DNA of 64,000 bases from positions 73,201 to 137,200 of the forward strand of contig JAEEQE010000002.1 in assembly GCA_016285145.1 (NCBI GenBank), read 5' to 3'. The notes beneath the pieces were generated by a model. The model did no database searches. It was given only the letters and a program-made list of their open reading frames with translations, and was not told the origin of the DNA. Below, one piece after another: positions 9,479-18,725 of this stretch. Numbering within the stretch: the stretch's first letter is position 1; each line of letters opens with the position of its first letter. This DNA is from Bacteroidales bacterium (lineage in GTDB: Bacteria > Bacteroidota > Bacteroidia > Bacteroidales > WCHB1-69). The position numbers were made by a program, and so were the translations under genes.

Positions 9479-11289
9479 TGCTTTTCGGGAAGAGCCGTAA
9501 CGAATACGCGCACAGTCAGCTGAAGATTCACATCGCGCAAAACAAGGACAGGGTCCGGCGCATCATGCAGATCTGCAGTCTGATTGTTTCCCTCGTCACC
9601 ATTGCCTGCATCATCTGCTACCACGGTCTCTACATCTCTTTGGAAACAAAGGAAATAATCCGCACAATCATTTTCGGCAGTATGGTGTTCTACGTGCTCA
9701 AGTATTTTCTCTTCATGTTCTACTCGCTCCATCGGAAAGAGTTTATAAAAAAATCTTGGTTTGAGTTTCTTATCATCATCATTCTGATCTTGCAGTTCCT
9801 ATCGGTTTCGGTGTTCCATTTCAGCTGGAAGGTCCTGAATTCTGAAAATTTTGCGAACTATTATCTGCTTTTTATACAGCTTTATTTTCTTATTATTGTC
9901 CTGATTGAGTTGGCGAAGATGAGCAGCTCGTTGGGCAAATACAATTTGAGTCCGCCGGTGCTGATGGTGGCATCTTTCCTGTTTCTGATTCTGATAGGCA
10001 CCATTTTGCTCTCCATGCCACGTATGACCACCAATGGTATCTCTCTCATTGATGCGTTGTTCACGGCCACAAGTGCCAGTTGCATCACAGGACTCAGTGT
10101 GGTGAGCACGCCGGCCACCTTTACCATACGGGGCCAGATTGTGATTATGATACTCATCCAGCTGGGTGGTATGAGTATCCTCTCCTTTGCTACGTTTTTC
10201 ACCACGTTCCTTTCCCGGTCGTATGTGGGGCTCCGATACCAATATATGATTCGCGACATGATGTCCACTGACCATATTTCAGATTCCGTGTCGCTGTTGC
10301 GGAGCATTGTCCTCACCACTTTCATCATCGAGTTTTCGGGGGCGGCCCTACTCTTCACCTATTGGAAAACCACCGGATTCTTCGTCCACGACAGCCAGAA
10401 TCTGTTCTATTCGCTGTTTTACACCGTTTCGGCTTTCAACAACGGCGGTTTTGTCCTCATTGATGAAAGTTTGTTAGACCTCGGATTGGCGCACAGTTAC
10501 TTCCCGCAGGTCATCATCATGATCCTCGTCTTCCTCGGTGGCATCGGGTTCCTGACCATCCGCGATTTCTTCGGGATCAGTTATATAAAACAAAGAAACA
10601 AATATCATTGGAAAAGTCTGATGCCACAGACTAAGGTTGTGCTTATCACCACGTTCTGGATTATTGCCATCGGTTCCGTCCTTTTCTTCTTCATTGAGCG
10701 CAACCGTACATTGAGTTTGCAAACCACTCTTTTTGACAAGATTTTCACCTCCATATTCCAGATTGTCACATGCCGTACATCTGGCTTTATGGTGTTGGAT
10801 GTGAACAACATGGCTTTGGCCTCTGTCATTATGATTGTAGTGCTGATGTTCATAGGTGGTTCGCCTGGTTCTACCGCCGGCGGTGTGAAGACCACCACCT
10901 TCTTTGTGCTGATAAGATCCGTCATGGCTACCATTCAAGGAAAGAAACGTATTGAATTCCGGCATAATACCATCTCGTTCAATCTGGTGGACAAGGCCAC
11001 GTCCATTATCCTCATGTCGTTAACGTTTATCCTGATATCCTGTTTCTGCATGGCCTTGGCCGAGCCCGATGTGCCGCTGATAGAAGCCATTTTCGAGACT
11101 ACCTCCGCTTTCACCACCTGCGGTCTCTCCACGGGTGCCTGTGCCAACTGGGGCACTGCCGCCAAAATCATTCTTATTGTGAACATGTACTGCGGACGTA
11201 TCGGCACACTCACTCTTGCCTTTGCCCTCACACGGCATAAAAAAGAATCCCAGCACCAATATCCCGAATTGTATATGATGGTCGGATAA
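9478..11289 (+). CDS. trkH: TrkH/KtrB family potassium transporter
   Basis: 603-aa polytopic membrane protein with pore-loop glycine motifs (TGLSVV, NNGGF, GGSPGSTAGGVKT, TTCGLSTG). Translationally coupled to trkA. Confidence 0.85.
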   Translation: MLFGKSRNEYAHSQLKIHIAQNKDRVRRIMQICSLIVSLVTIACIICYHGLYISLETKEIIRTIIFGSMVFYVLKYFLFMFYSLHRKEFIKKSWFEFLIIIILILQFLSVSVFHFSWKVLNSENFANYYLLFIQLYFLIIVLIELAKMSSSLGKYNLSPPVLMVASFLFLILIGTILLSMPRMTTNGISLIDALFTATSASCITGLSVVSTPATFTIRGQIVIMILIQLGGMSILSFATFFTTFLSRSYVGLRYQYMIRDMMSTDHISDSVSLLRSIVLTTFIIEFSGAALLFTYWKTTGFFVHDSQNLFYSLFYTVSAFNNGGFVLIDESLLDLGLAHSYFPQVIIMILVFLGGIGFLTIRDFFGISYIKQRNKYHWKSLMPQTKVVLITTFWIIAIGSVLFFFIERNRTLSLQTTLFDKIFTSIFQIVTCRTSGFMVLDVNNMALASVIMIVVLMFIGGSPGSTAGGVKTTTFFVLIRSVMATIQGKKRIEFRHNTISFNLVDKATSIILMSLTFILISCFCMALAEPDVPLIEAIFETTSAFTTCGLSTGACANWGTAAKIILIVNMYCGRIGTLTLAFALTRHKKESQHQYPELYMMVG

Positions 11290-11316
11290 TGTCTTGACGG
11301 GGAGAAGATTTTTTAT

Positions 11317-11324
11317 TATCTTTG
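11317..11324 (+). promoter_or_regulatory. candidate -7 box (TATCTTTG)
   Basis: TAnnTTTG match upstream of the ATG at 11382. Confidence 0.45.
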
Positions 11325-11381
11325 TCGCATAAAATTGAAAAAATCAAACCGTTAAAAATCAATCAAATACATCAACACACA

Positions 11382-13208
11382 ATGAAAAGACTTTTTGTTT
11401 TAGGCTTACCGATTCTCGCCATGCTGATCATGGGCGGCTGCGGATTTGGGAAAATGGTTACCCGGTATCCGGAAGTGACTGTCACGTTGGATAATCCGGA
11501 TTTGGAAAACAAGGGAGGTGAGGTCAACTATACCATCAAGGGGACGATTCCGCCCAAGTACATGAAGAAGAAAGCGTTAATGACGTTGAGTCCTTGTTTG
11601 AAGGTGGACGGTGTCAACGCCACGCCCTTCACCACCATCAATTTGAAAGGGGAGAAAGCCAAGGGCGACGGACAGGTCATCAGCTTCAAGAACGGCGGCA
11701 CATTCACCAAAACCGGAAGTTTCAAGTTCAGCGACGACTATGAGGAAGCTGTCATTGTGGCTCCGGCCACGGCCCAAATCAAGAAGAAATCCACCACATT
11801 GAATCCTGAAAAAGAGTTGGGTGAGGGCATCTCCAACACCTGCTCCTTCATCAGCCTTCAGCCTTCCATCTCGGATGACACGCAGAACGGGGCCAACTTC
11901 CTGAACGCTCCGCATCAGTATGCCACGGAGTTCGTCGGCAAAACGGCCACTATCTACTTTGACCTCAACAGCTCGAATATGAACTGGAGCAACAAGTACA
12001 ACAAAGACAAGGCAGCCAAGGATTCCATCCGCAACTTCATCGATTTTCTGAACGAAGACCTCATCATCGACAAGGTGGTAATCTCGGGTTGGGCTTCTCC
12101 CGAAGGTGAGGAAAGCAACAACCAGGGCCTTTCTGAACGCCGTTTCCAACAGGGTAAGAAGTGGTTCGAGGAACAATATGACAAATATCTGAAGGATTAT
12201 GCCAAGAAGAATAAAATCAAGCTGAAAGATCTTCAGAGACCCACGTTTGCATACGTCAACAACGCCAAGGGCGAAGACTGGGACGGTTTTGAGGCGGCCA
12301 TCGCCAAATCCAACATGTCGCAGAAGAACCAGATTCTGAATGTGGTCAAATCGCAGCCCAACAACGACATGCGCGAGCAGAAGATCCGTGAGATGACGGA
12401 TATCTATCCGGAAATCGCCGATGTGATTCTTCCGCCGTTGCGCCGTGCCGAGATGCAGGTCATCTGCAAAAAACATGAAACCTACACCGACGCAGAACTT
12501 GTGTCTTTGGTAAAAGCCCATCCCGCTGACTTCTCCATCAACGAGCGCCTGTACGCCGCTTCCGTGGCCAATAACAACGAAGACAAGGAGGTTATCTACA
12601 AAGACCTCATCCGCAACGACAAGACGCAGAACGATTGGAGGGCCTACAACAACCTCGGCGCCATGTATCTGAACGATTATTATCAGACTGGCAATTCCGA
12701 CAAGTTAGACGATGCTATCAACTATCTGACGAAAGCCGATGCCATTTCTCCTAATAACGGTATCATTCTCAACAATTTGGCTTTGGCCGAATTTTTGAAA
12801 GGCAACATGGCTGATGCCCGTACCAAATTCGAGGCTTCCGAAAGCGCCACTGTGTTCCCTGTCAACCAGAGTTATGCCAAGGGCATGTACAGCATTGTGG
12901 ATGGCGACTATTTCAAGGCTACCCAGCTGTTGAACAACCACGGTTGCGACTACAATACAGCCTTGGTACAGATTCTGAACAAGGACTATCCTGCCGCGCA
13001 GAAGACGTTGGACTGCATGAAGCACATCGATGCCAAGACCTTTTACCTGAAAGCTATCCTGGCCGCCCGTCTGAAGGATGAAAACGGTGTTTACGACAAT
13101 CTCCGCAATGCCATCCAGCAGGATCCCAATCTCAAGAAAAAAGCCAAACGCGATGCCGAATTCAAGAGATACCGTCACAGCGACACATTCAAACAGATTG
13201 TAAAATAA
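11382..13208 (+). CDS. lipoprotein with an OmpA-like 'ASPEG...LSERR' segment and C-terminal TPR-like repeats; function unknown
   Basis: The internal ATG gives MKRLFVLGLPILAMLIMGGCGFG, a lipoprotein signal with Cys. Motif VVISGWASPEGEESNNQGLSERRFQQGKKW resembles the OmpA-like peptidoglycan-binding core. The C-terminal third has TPR-like A/Y/N-rich helical repeats (AYNNLGAMYL, LNNLALAEFLKGN). Confidence 0.6.
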   Translation: MKRLFVLGLPILAMLIMGGCGFGKMVTRYPEVTVTLDNPDLENKGGEVNYTIKGTIPPKYMKKKALMTLSPCLKVDGVNATPFTTINLKGEKAKGDGQVISFKNGGTFTKTGSFKFSDDYEEAVIVAPATAQIKKKSTTLNPEKELGEGISNTCSFISLQPSISDDTQNGANFLNAPHQYATEFVGKTATIYFDLNSSNMNWSNKYNKDKAAKDSIRNFIDFLNEDLIIDKVVISGWASPEGEESNNQGLSERRFQQGKKWFEEQYDKYLKDYAKKNKIKLKDLQRPTFAYVNNAKGEDWDGFEAAIAKSNMSQKNQILNVVKSQPNNDMREQKIREMTDIYPEIADVILPPLRRAEMQVICKKHETYTDAELVSLVKAHPADFSINERLYAASVANNNEDKEVIYKDLIRNDKTQNDWRAYNNLGAMYLNDYYQTGNSDKLDDAINYLTKADAISPNNGIILNNLALAEFLKGNMADARTKFEASESATVFPVNQSYAKGMYSIVDGDYFKATQLLNNHGCDYNTALVQILNKDYPAAQKTLDCMKHIDAKTFYLKAILAARLKDENGVYDNLRNAIQQDPNLKKKAKRDAEFKRYRHSDTFKQIVK

Positions 13209-13247
13209 TAAGAAACCCTAAGACAACAGGTTCAACCACCCTGTGTC

Positions 13248-13292
13248 AAAAAGCAGTTGGTCCCTGGCTCGTGCCATCGTCAGCTGCTTTTT
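13248..13292 (+). terminator. candidate intrinsic terminator
   Basis: AAAAAGCAGTTG ...21 nt... CAGCTGCTTTTT forms a 7-bp GC-containing stem with one G-U pair, extended by A/T pairs and a T tract. The loop is longer than ideal. Confidence 0.4.
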
Positions 13293-13310
13293 CGTATTAA
13301 AGACACCACT

Positions 13311-14180
13311 ATGACTGAAAACCGCAACATGGCTATCGCCTACGACTTCGACGGCACGCTCGCCCCGGGGAACATGCAGGAGTACAATTTCATTCCCGAC
13401 CTCAACATGGACAAGGGCGAGTTCTGGCAGGAGGCCAATGAATTGGCCAAAAAGCACGACATGGACGAGGTGCTCGCCTACATGCACCTGATGCTGACCA
13501 AAGCCCGTGAGAAAAACATCCCCATCCGCGAAGAGGTTTTTATGAAATACGGAGAGAAAATCACCTTCTTTGAGGGGGTGGAGACCTATTTTGAGCGTAT
13601 TAATGCGTACGCCGCGACCAAAAACATCCACTTGGAGCATTTCATCATTTCCTCTGGCTTGCGCGAGTTTGTGAAGGGCACGGCCATCGCCAAACATTTC
13701 AAGTCCGTTTTCGCTTCCGGATTCGAATACGATGACGAAGGCATCGCCTGCTGGCCCGCCTTGGTGGTGAATTACACCAACAAAACCCAATTTCTGTTCC
13801 GTATCAACAAGGGTATCTATAATTCTTATGACAACACGTTGATTAACAAATCGATGCCGGAAGATGAACGCGCCGTACCCTTCTCCAACTTCATCTACAT
13901 TGGTGACGGAGAAACCGATGTGCCTGCCATGAAAATGGTGAACTTGTACGGTGGCACTACCATCGCCGTCTATAACCCCAATTCTGTGGCCACCCCGCAT
14001 CGGCCCAAGTCGTCCAAGGACATCTGCCTCGACCTCATCCGCCAGAACCGCGCCGACTACATCGCCCCGACAAATTACTCGGAAGGCGGCGAATTAGACA
14101 TCATGCTGAAAAAAATCATTGACAAAATCGCGATGGAACAAGATCTTTTGGCCATTAAATACAAGGAAGTCAACAAATAG
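13311..14180 (+). CDS. HAD-superfamily hydrolase
   Basis: The internal ATG gives MTENRNMAIAYDFDGTLAPGN (DxDGT motif I) and YIGDGETDVPAM (motif IV). Confidence 0.75.
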   Translation: MTENRNMAIAYDFDGTLAPGNMQEYNFIPDLNMDKGEFWQEANELAKKHDMDEVLAYMHLMLTKAREKNIPIREEVFMKYGEKITFFEGVETYFERINAYAATKNIHLEHFIISSGLREFVKGTAIAKHFKSVFASGFEYDDEGIACWPALVVNYTNKTQFLFRINKGIYNSYDNTLINKSMPEDERAVPFSNFIYIGDGETDVPAMKMVNLYGGTTIAVYNPNSVATPHRPKSSKDICLDLIRQNRADYIAPTNYSEGGELDIMLKKIIDKIAMEQDLLAIKYKEVNK

Positions 14181-14202
14181 AGAAAGAAGAGGATTTTTTA
14201 AT

Positions 14203-14210
14203 TATCTTTG
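14203..14210 (+). promoter_or_regulatory. candidate -7 box (TATCTTTG)
   Basis: TAnnTTTG match 20 nt upstream of the ATG at 14231. Confidence 0.5.
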
Positions 14211-14230
14211 CCACATAAAAAACAGAAAAT

Positions 14231-15118
14231 ATGAAAACCCTGACCATATCCAAAAAAGAATACCAGCGTGTCGGTTATGATGAAAAAGACATCGAACCCA
14301 TTGAATTTGTGGAAGTGAAAGCCGAATACAATGAAGCCGGACAGATTACCCGCGAGGAGCGCTACGATGCGGACGGGAATATCAACACCCTGACAGTCAA
14401 TCAGTACGACGAACAGCATCGGTTGATCCAGAGTGAACAATTTGACCAGGACAATATCTTGTTGCAGAAAACCGTCAATATATTCGACGGCGAGGACCTT
14501 GTCTGTCAGAACAACTTTTTCGGCGAGGGTGATGACGAATATGCCACCCATTATATTTTTGATGAGAACCACCACGTCATCCGGCACGAAATGTACGTTA
14601 ACGGTCAGTTGGACTATGTGGAGAAAGAGATTGAATATGAGGGTGATAGGGTGGTGAAGGAGACTGAAAATGATGATTATGGCGATGTGATGTACCGCAA
14701 TGCGTACGCGTACGATGCGCAGGGACGCGTGAGCCGTTTTGTGCGGGATGAGATCCAGAACAAGGACCGTCGGACGTACGAATACACTTACGATGAAAAC
14801 GGCAATCTTGTGAAAGAATTGGTTTATGATTACGGCAACGCTTTGATTGCCAAGACATACCGAACCTACAACGAACAAAACCAACTTGTCGAAACCGAGG
14901 AGGAGGATTTGGACCATTACCGCAAAATCGTCATGGAATACGACGGTTCATTGGTGGCGAAAAACTCGTTATACAACAAGGAGGGTCAATTGCAAGGTTG
15001 GGCGGAATACACCTACGATGAGAACGGGAAGGAGAACTCCTCCCGTGAGTTCATCCACGATGAAGTGCAGCCTGACCATTTCCGCATGCTTCGGGAGACG
15101 TTTTATGTAAGAAGTTAG
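14231..15118 (+). CDS. acidic cytoplasmic protein with YD/RHS-like short repeats; function unknown
   Basis: 295 aa with no signal peptide. It has recurrent Y-x-YD-x-x-G-x-h units (ERYDADGNINTL, YAYDAQGRVSRF, YTYDENGNLVKE, YTYDENGKENSS) and is rich in D/E. Confidence 0.6.
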   Translation: MKTLTISKKEYQRVGYDEKDIEPIEFVEVKAEYNEAGQITREERYDADGNINTLTVNQYDEQHRLIQSEQFDQDNILLQKTVNIFDGEDLVCQNNFFGEGDDEYATHYIFDENHHVIRHEMYVNGQLDYVEKEIEYEGDRVVKETENDDYGDVMYRNAYAYDAQGRVSRFVRDEIQNKDRRTYEYTYDENGNLVKELVYDYGNALIAKTYRTYNEQNQLVETEEEDLDHYRKIVMEYDGSLVAKNSLYNKEGQLQGWAEYTYDENGKENSSREFIHDEVQPDHFRMLRETFYVRS

Positions 15119-15190
15119 GCTTTGAGCGTTGGAATTTAGGGATTTGTCGTTGGCTTTTGGTCGTTAACCGTTAGCCTTTGGATTTAACAT
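15114..15190. repeat. degenerate G/T-rich 7-nt (14-nt) periodic tract
   Basis: gttaggc tttgagc gttggaa tttaggg atttgtc gttggct tttggtc gttaacc gttagcc tttggat; it begins at the stop codon of the upstream gene. Confidence 0.6.
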
Positions 15191-15252
15191 TCTTCTTTCT
15201 TCACTTCAACAATTTAACTGCCAACAATTCCTTTAAAATCGCGGCTTTTTGT

Positions 15253-15260
15253 TATCTTTG
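15253..15260 (+). promoter_or_regulatory. candidate -7 box (TATCTTTG) for pepT
   Basis: TAnnTTTG match 30 nt upstream of the ATG at 15291. Confidence 0.5.
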
Positions 15261-15290
15261 CAGTCGTTTTTGCAAATAGAAATTCATTAA

Positions 15291-16517
15291 ATGCCTAATA
15301 TTATGAAAGATAATTTATTAAAACGTTTCACTAAGTACATTTCTTACGCCACCACTTCCGATGAATCTTCAGAATCCTATCCGTCCACCAAAGCTCTGCT
15401 GGACTTTGGCGATGTGATGGTGGAGGAGCTTAAAGCCATCGGGCTAACCCAAGTGGAGAAGGACCAATACGGCTACGTTACAGCGTTGCTGCCCGCCAAC
15501 ACGACGGAGGCCCAGCCCACCATCGGCTTCATCGCCCACATGGACACGGCTCCCGACATGCCCGGCATCGCGGCACCCCGGATTCTTGAAAACTACGATG
15601 GCAAAGACATCATGTTGGATGCGGAAACGAATACGGCCCTGACGTTAGCGGACTTTCCGGAACTGGCTGATTATAAAGGCCAAACGCTGTTGGTAACCGA
15701 CGGTAAAACGTTGTTGGGTGCCGACGACAAGGCTGGTATGGCGGAAATTATGTGCGCCATGGAATATCTGCAGCAGCACCCTGAAATAAAGCATGGTCCT
15801 ATCAAGGTGGCCTTCACGCCGGATGAGGAAATCGGACAGGGTGTGAAATATTTTGATGTGCCCAAATTCGGCTGCGACTATGCCTACACGATGGATGGCG
15901 GTGCCATTGGCGAGCTGGAATACGAGAACTTCAACGCGGCTTCGGCGGTCATCAAGATCCAAGGCCGCAATATCCACCCGGGCTATGCCAAGAACAAGAT
16001 GGTCAACTCGCAGCTGATTGCCATGGAATTCAACAGCTTGCTGCCGGAGAACGAGCGTCCGCAATACACGCAGGATTACGAGGGCTTCTTCCTGCTGATC
16101 CATATGGAGGGAAGCGTGGAGCAGAGCCAGCTCAACTACATCATCCGCGACCACGACAAGGGCAAATTCGAGGCTAAAAAGAAACAGATTCAGCAGATTA
16201 CGGATTTCTTGAACACCAAATACGATAATCGTCTCACTTGCGAAATCAAGGATCAGTATTACAATATGCGGGAGAAGGTGGAGCCGGTGTTCTACGTGGT
16301 GGAACGCGCGATGAAAGCGATGGAAAAGGCTGGCATCAAGTCCAAGGTGCAGCCTATCCGCGGCGGCACCGATGGTGCCAACCTGTCGTTCCGCGGCCTG
16401 CCTTGCCCGAATATCTTCGCCGGCGGGCACAATTTCCACGGTAAATACGAGTATGTGCCCTTAGAATCCATGGTCAAGGCCACGGAGGTGATCGTCAATA
16501 TCGCCCGTGTGGATTAG
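15291..16517 (+). CDS. pepT: peptidase T (tripeptide aminopeptidase, M20B)
   Basis: LLKRFTKYISYATTSDESS...IGFIAHMDTAPD...GADDKAGMAEIM...GGTDGA; length and motifs are typical of PepT. Confidence 0.9.
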   Translation: MPNIMKDNLLKRFTKYISYATTSDESSESYPSTKALLDFGDVMVEELKAIGLTQVEKDQYGYVTALLPANTTEAQPTIGFIAHMDTAPDMPGIAAPRILENYDGKDIMLDAETNTALTLADFPELADYKGQTLLVTDGKTLLGADDKAGMAEIMCAMEYLQQHPEIKHGPIKVAFTPDEEIGQGVKYFDVPKFGCDYAYTMDGGAIGELEYENFNAASAVIKIQGRNIHPGYAKNKMVNSQLIAMEFNSLLPENERPQYTQDYEGFFLLIHMEGSVEQSQLNYIIRDHDKGKFEAKKKQIQQITDFLNTKYDNRLTCEIKDQYYNMREKVEPVFYVVERAMKAMEKAGIKSKVQPIRGGTDGANLSFRGLPCPNIFAGGHNFHGKYEYVPLESMVKATEVIVNIARVD

Positions 16518-17149
16518 CAGATTTTCAGGAAGCCGTTGTCATCAAACAGGTCGGTCACATCCTGACCGTCTTTGAGGTGGCAGGCGTTCAAACCACAAAG
16601 TTTCGCTCCCTCAATGTGTTGCGGGGAGTCGTCAATAAAAAGGGTTTCTTCCGGATGAAGATGGTTTTCTTCCATAATCCGAAGGAACCCTTCTTTGTTG
16701 GGCTTTCTAACGTGCATTAATTGTGAAAAATAGGTTTTCTCGAACCATTTTTCAAAAATGTCGTAGCCGTACTGTTGCATCATCTGCCGGGTGAAGGCTT
16801 CATAGTTCAGCGCGTTGGTGTTGCTGAAGAGAAACAGCCGGTAATGCGTGTGAATGCGGGCCAACAGTTGTTCATGTGCAACGGGAAAATCGATGAGGAT
16901 GGCGTTCCAGCAGTCTGCGATTTGCGCATCTGTGAGTGGCACGTCGGTGAGCGAGCGCACGTAGGAGAAGAAATCCGCTACTGGAAGCAGGCCCACCTCC
17001 CATTGGTCCATGATGTCGTTCTGATGTTTTTTGGAGTAAATCCGTTCAAAATCCGGAACGCCGCAGGCAGCAAAGGCTTCGGCGATATTCTGATACCGGA
17101 TCCGATAGAGAACACCGCCGAAGTCGAAGATTATATTTTTGATAATCAT
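16514..17149 (-). CDS. HAD-superfamily hydrolase (subfamily IA-like)
   Basis: MIIKNIIFDFGGVLY (DxG motif I), FSNTN, FIDDSPQHIEGA. Its 3' end overlaps the pepT stop by 4 nt in convergent orientation. Confidence 0.8.
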   Translation of the reverse strand: MIIKNIIFDFGGVLYRIRYQNIAEAFAACGVPDFERIYSKKHQNDIMDQWEVGLLPVADFFSYVRSLTDVPLTDAQIADCWNAILIDFPVAHEQLLARIHTHYRLFLFSNTNALNYEAFTRQMMQQYGYDIFEKWFEKTYFSQLMHVRKPNKEGFLRIMEENHLHPEETLFIDDSPQHIEGAKLCGLNACHLKDGQDVTDLFDDNGFLKIC

Positions 17150-17166
17150 ATAATTAAAACTGTGTT

Positions 17167-18564
17167 TTATTTGCCGATGATGGCGGCCAGCTCGTCCACG
17201 CCTTTGGGCAGATGCGGACCCAGCACGCGATGGCCGGTTTCGGTTATCAGCAGGTCGTCTTCGATGCGGATGCCTCCGAAATCGCGGTATTTTTCCACCA
17301 CATCGTAGTTGATGAAGTCGGCGAATTTGTTCTCTTTCTTCCAGATGTCAATGAGGTGGGGGATGAAATAGATGCCCGGCTCGATGGAGACCACGAAGCC
17401 TGGTTTCAGCTCGCGGGCCATACGCAGAGAGGCCCAGCCGAAGATGTTGCTCGGGCGCACGGTCTCGTCGTAGCCCACGTGAATCTGGCCAAGACCTTCC
17501 ATGTCGTGTACATCCAAACCGATTTGGTGGCCCAGTCCATGGACCATGAAGAGGGCGTGGGCACCTAATTCAACAGCCTCTTTCACATCGCCTTTCATCA
17601 AGCCGAGGTCTTTGAGGCCCTGAGCGATCACCTCGCAGGAGAGACGGTGCAGTTCTTTGTTGTACATGCCGGGGTGTGCTGCGTTGATGGCCTCCATATT
17701 GGCTTTCAGCACGATTTCGTAGATCTCCTGCTGTTTGGTGGTGAACTTGCCTCCAATGGGCAGCGTGCGTGTGTAGTCGGAGCAGTAGTTCATGAGGCCT
17801 TCGGCGCCGGCGTCCATGAGGAGCATATTGCCCTCTTGGAGGATGCCGTTGTGCAGGTGGTTGTGCAGGGTTTCGCCGTGTTGTGACAGAATCACCGGGA
17901 AGGAGATGCCGTTGCCGTAGGAGAGCGCGATGCCCTCGGCGAGGCCGGCCAGCTCGCGTTCCGATTCGCCCGCCACACAGCGGCGCATCACCGCCGTATG
18001 CATCTTCACACCGATTTCGCAGGCTTTGTCCATCTCGTCAATTTCGCATTGCTCCTTGGCGGAACGCAACGCCACAATGCCTTTGATGAGCTCTAATGAG
18101 GCCGCCTCGCGAATGTTGTTGACGTTGATGCCCGTCAGGTTGGACAGCCATATCTGGTTGTCGCCGCGATACATAGGGGTGAAATGCACCTTGCGGCCCT
18201 TGCTCTGGGCTTCCTGGATGTATTCTGCTAACTTGCCTAACGGCATGGTGTCGGTCACGCCCACTTTCTCGGCTAAAGAGGCAATCGTTGGTTGGTCGCC
18301 CATCCAGATGATGTCATCTATGGTGAAGTCGTTTCCGAAGATGATGGACTTGTGTGCGTCAAAGTCGATAATGGCGGCGATATCGGCAATGGAGAGGCCG
18401 AAGAAATAGAGGAAATCGCTGTCCTGACGGAAGTTATACGTATTGTCGGGATAGTTCATCGGCGCTTCGTGGTTGCCCAGAAAGACGGCGATGCCGCTGC
18501 CCACTGATTGGGTGAGCTTTTCCCTGCGGTTCTGATAGACGGAAGGTTGGAATAAAGGATTCAT
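17167..18564 (-). CDS. Xaa-Pro aminopeptidase (M24B family)
   Basis: DSDFLYF, metal-ligand motifs LLMDAGAE, HGLGHQIGLDVHD, VVSIEPGIY and GGIRIEDD. Confidence 0.85.
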   Translation of the reverse strand: MNPLFQPSVYQNRREKLTQSVGSGIAVFLGNHEAPMNYPDNTYNFRQDSDFLYFFGLSIADIAAIIDFDAHKSIIFGNDFTIDDIIWMGDQPTIASLAEKVGVTDTMPLGKLAEYIQEAQSKGRKVHFTPMYRGDNQIWLSNLTGINVNNIREAASLELIKGIVALRSAKEQCEIDEMDKACEIGVKMHTAVMRRCVAGESERELAGLAEGIALSYGNGISFPVILSQHGETLHNHLHNGILQEGNMLLMDAGAEGLMNYCSDYTRTLPIGGKFTTKQQEIYEIVLKANMEAINAAHPGMYNKELHRLSCEVIAQGLKDLGLMKGDVKEAVELGAHALFMVHGLGHQIGLDVHDMEGLGQIHVGYDETVRPSNIFGWASLRMARELKPGFVVSIEPGIYFIPHLIDIWKKENKFADFINYDVVEKYRDFGGIRIEDDLLITETGHRVLGPHLPKGVDELAAIIGK

Positions 18565-18626
18565 TATAAAGGGTTTTAAACAAAAAACATTATATAATCT
18601 GATAGCAAGTCTTGGATTTGCAGCCG

Positions 18627-18634
18627 CAAAAATA
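18627..18634 (-). promoter_or_regulatory. candidate -7 box (TATTTTTG) for the aminopeptidase operon
   Basis: TAnnTTTG match on the minus strand upstream of the ATG at 18564. Confidence 0.4.
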
Positions 18635-18725
18635 CGACTTTTTTATCAGACGAGAGAAATGGGATTTTCGGTTTTATGGTTTGCGATTCCGGTTGTTGGT
18701 TCTGGTGTCAAAAAGTGAGCAGACC

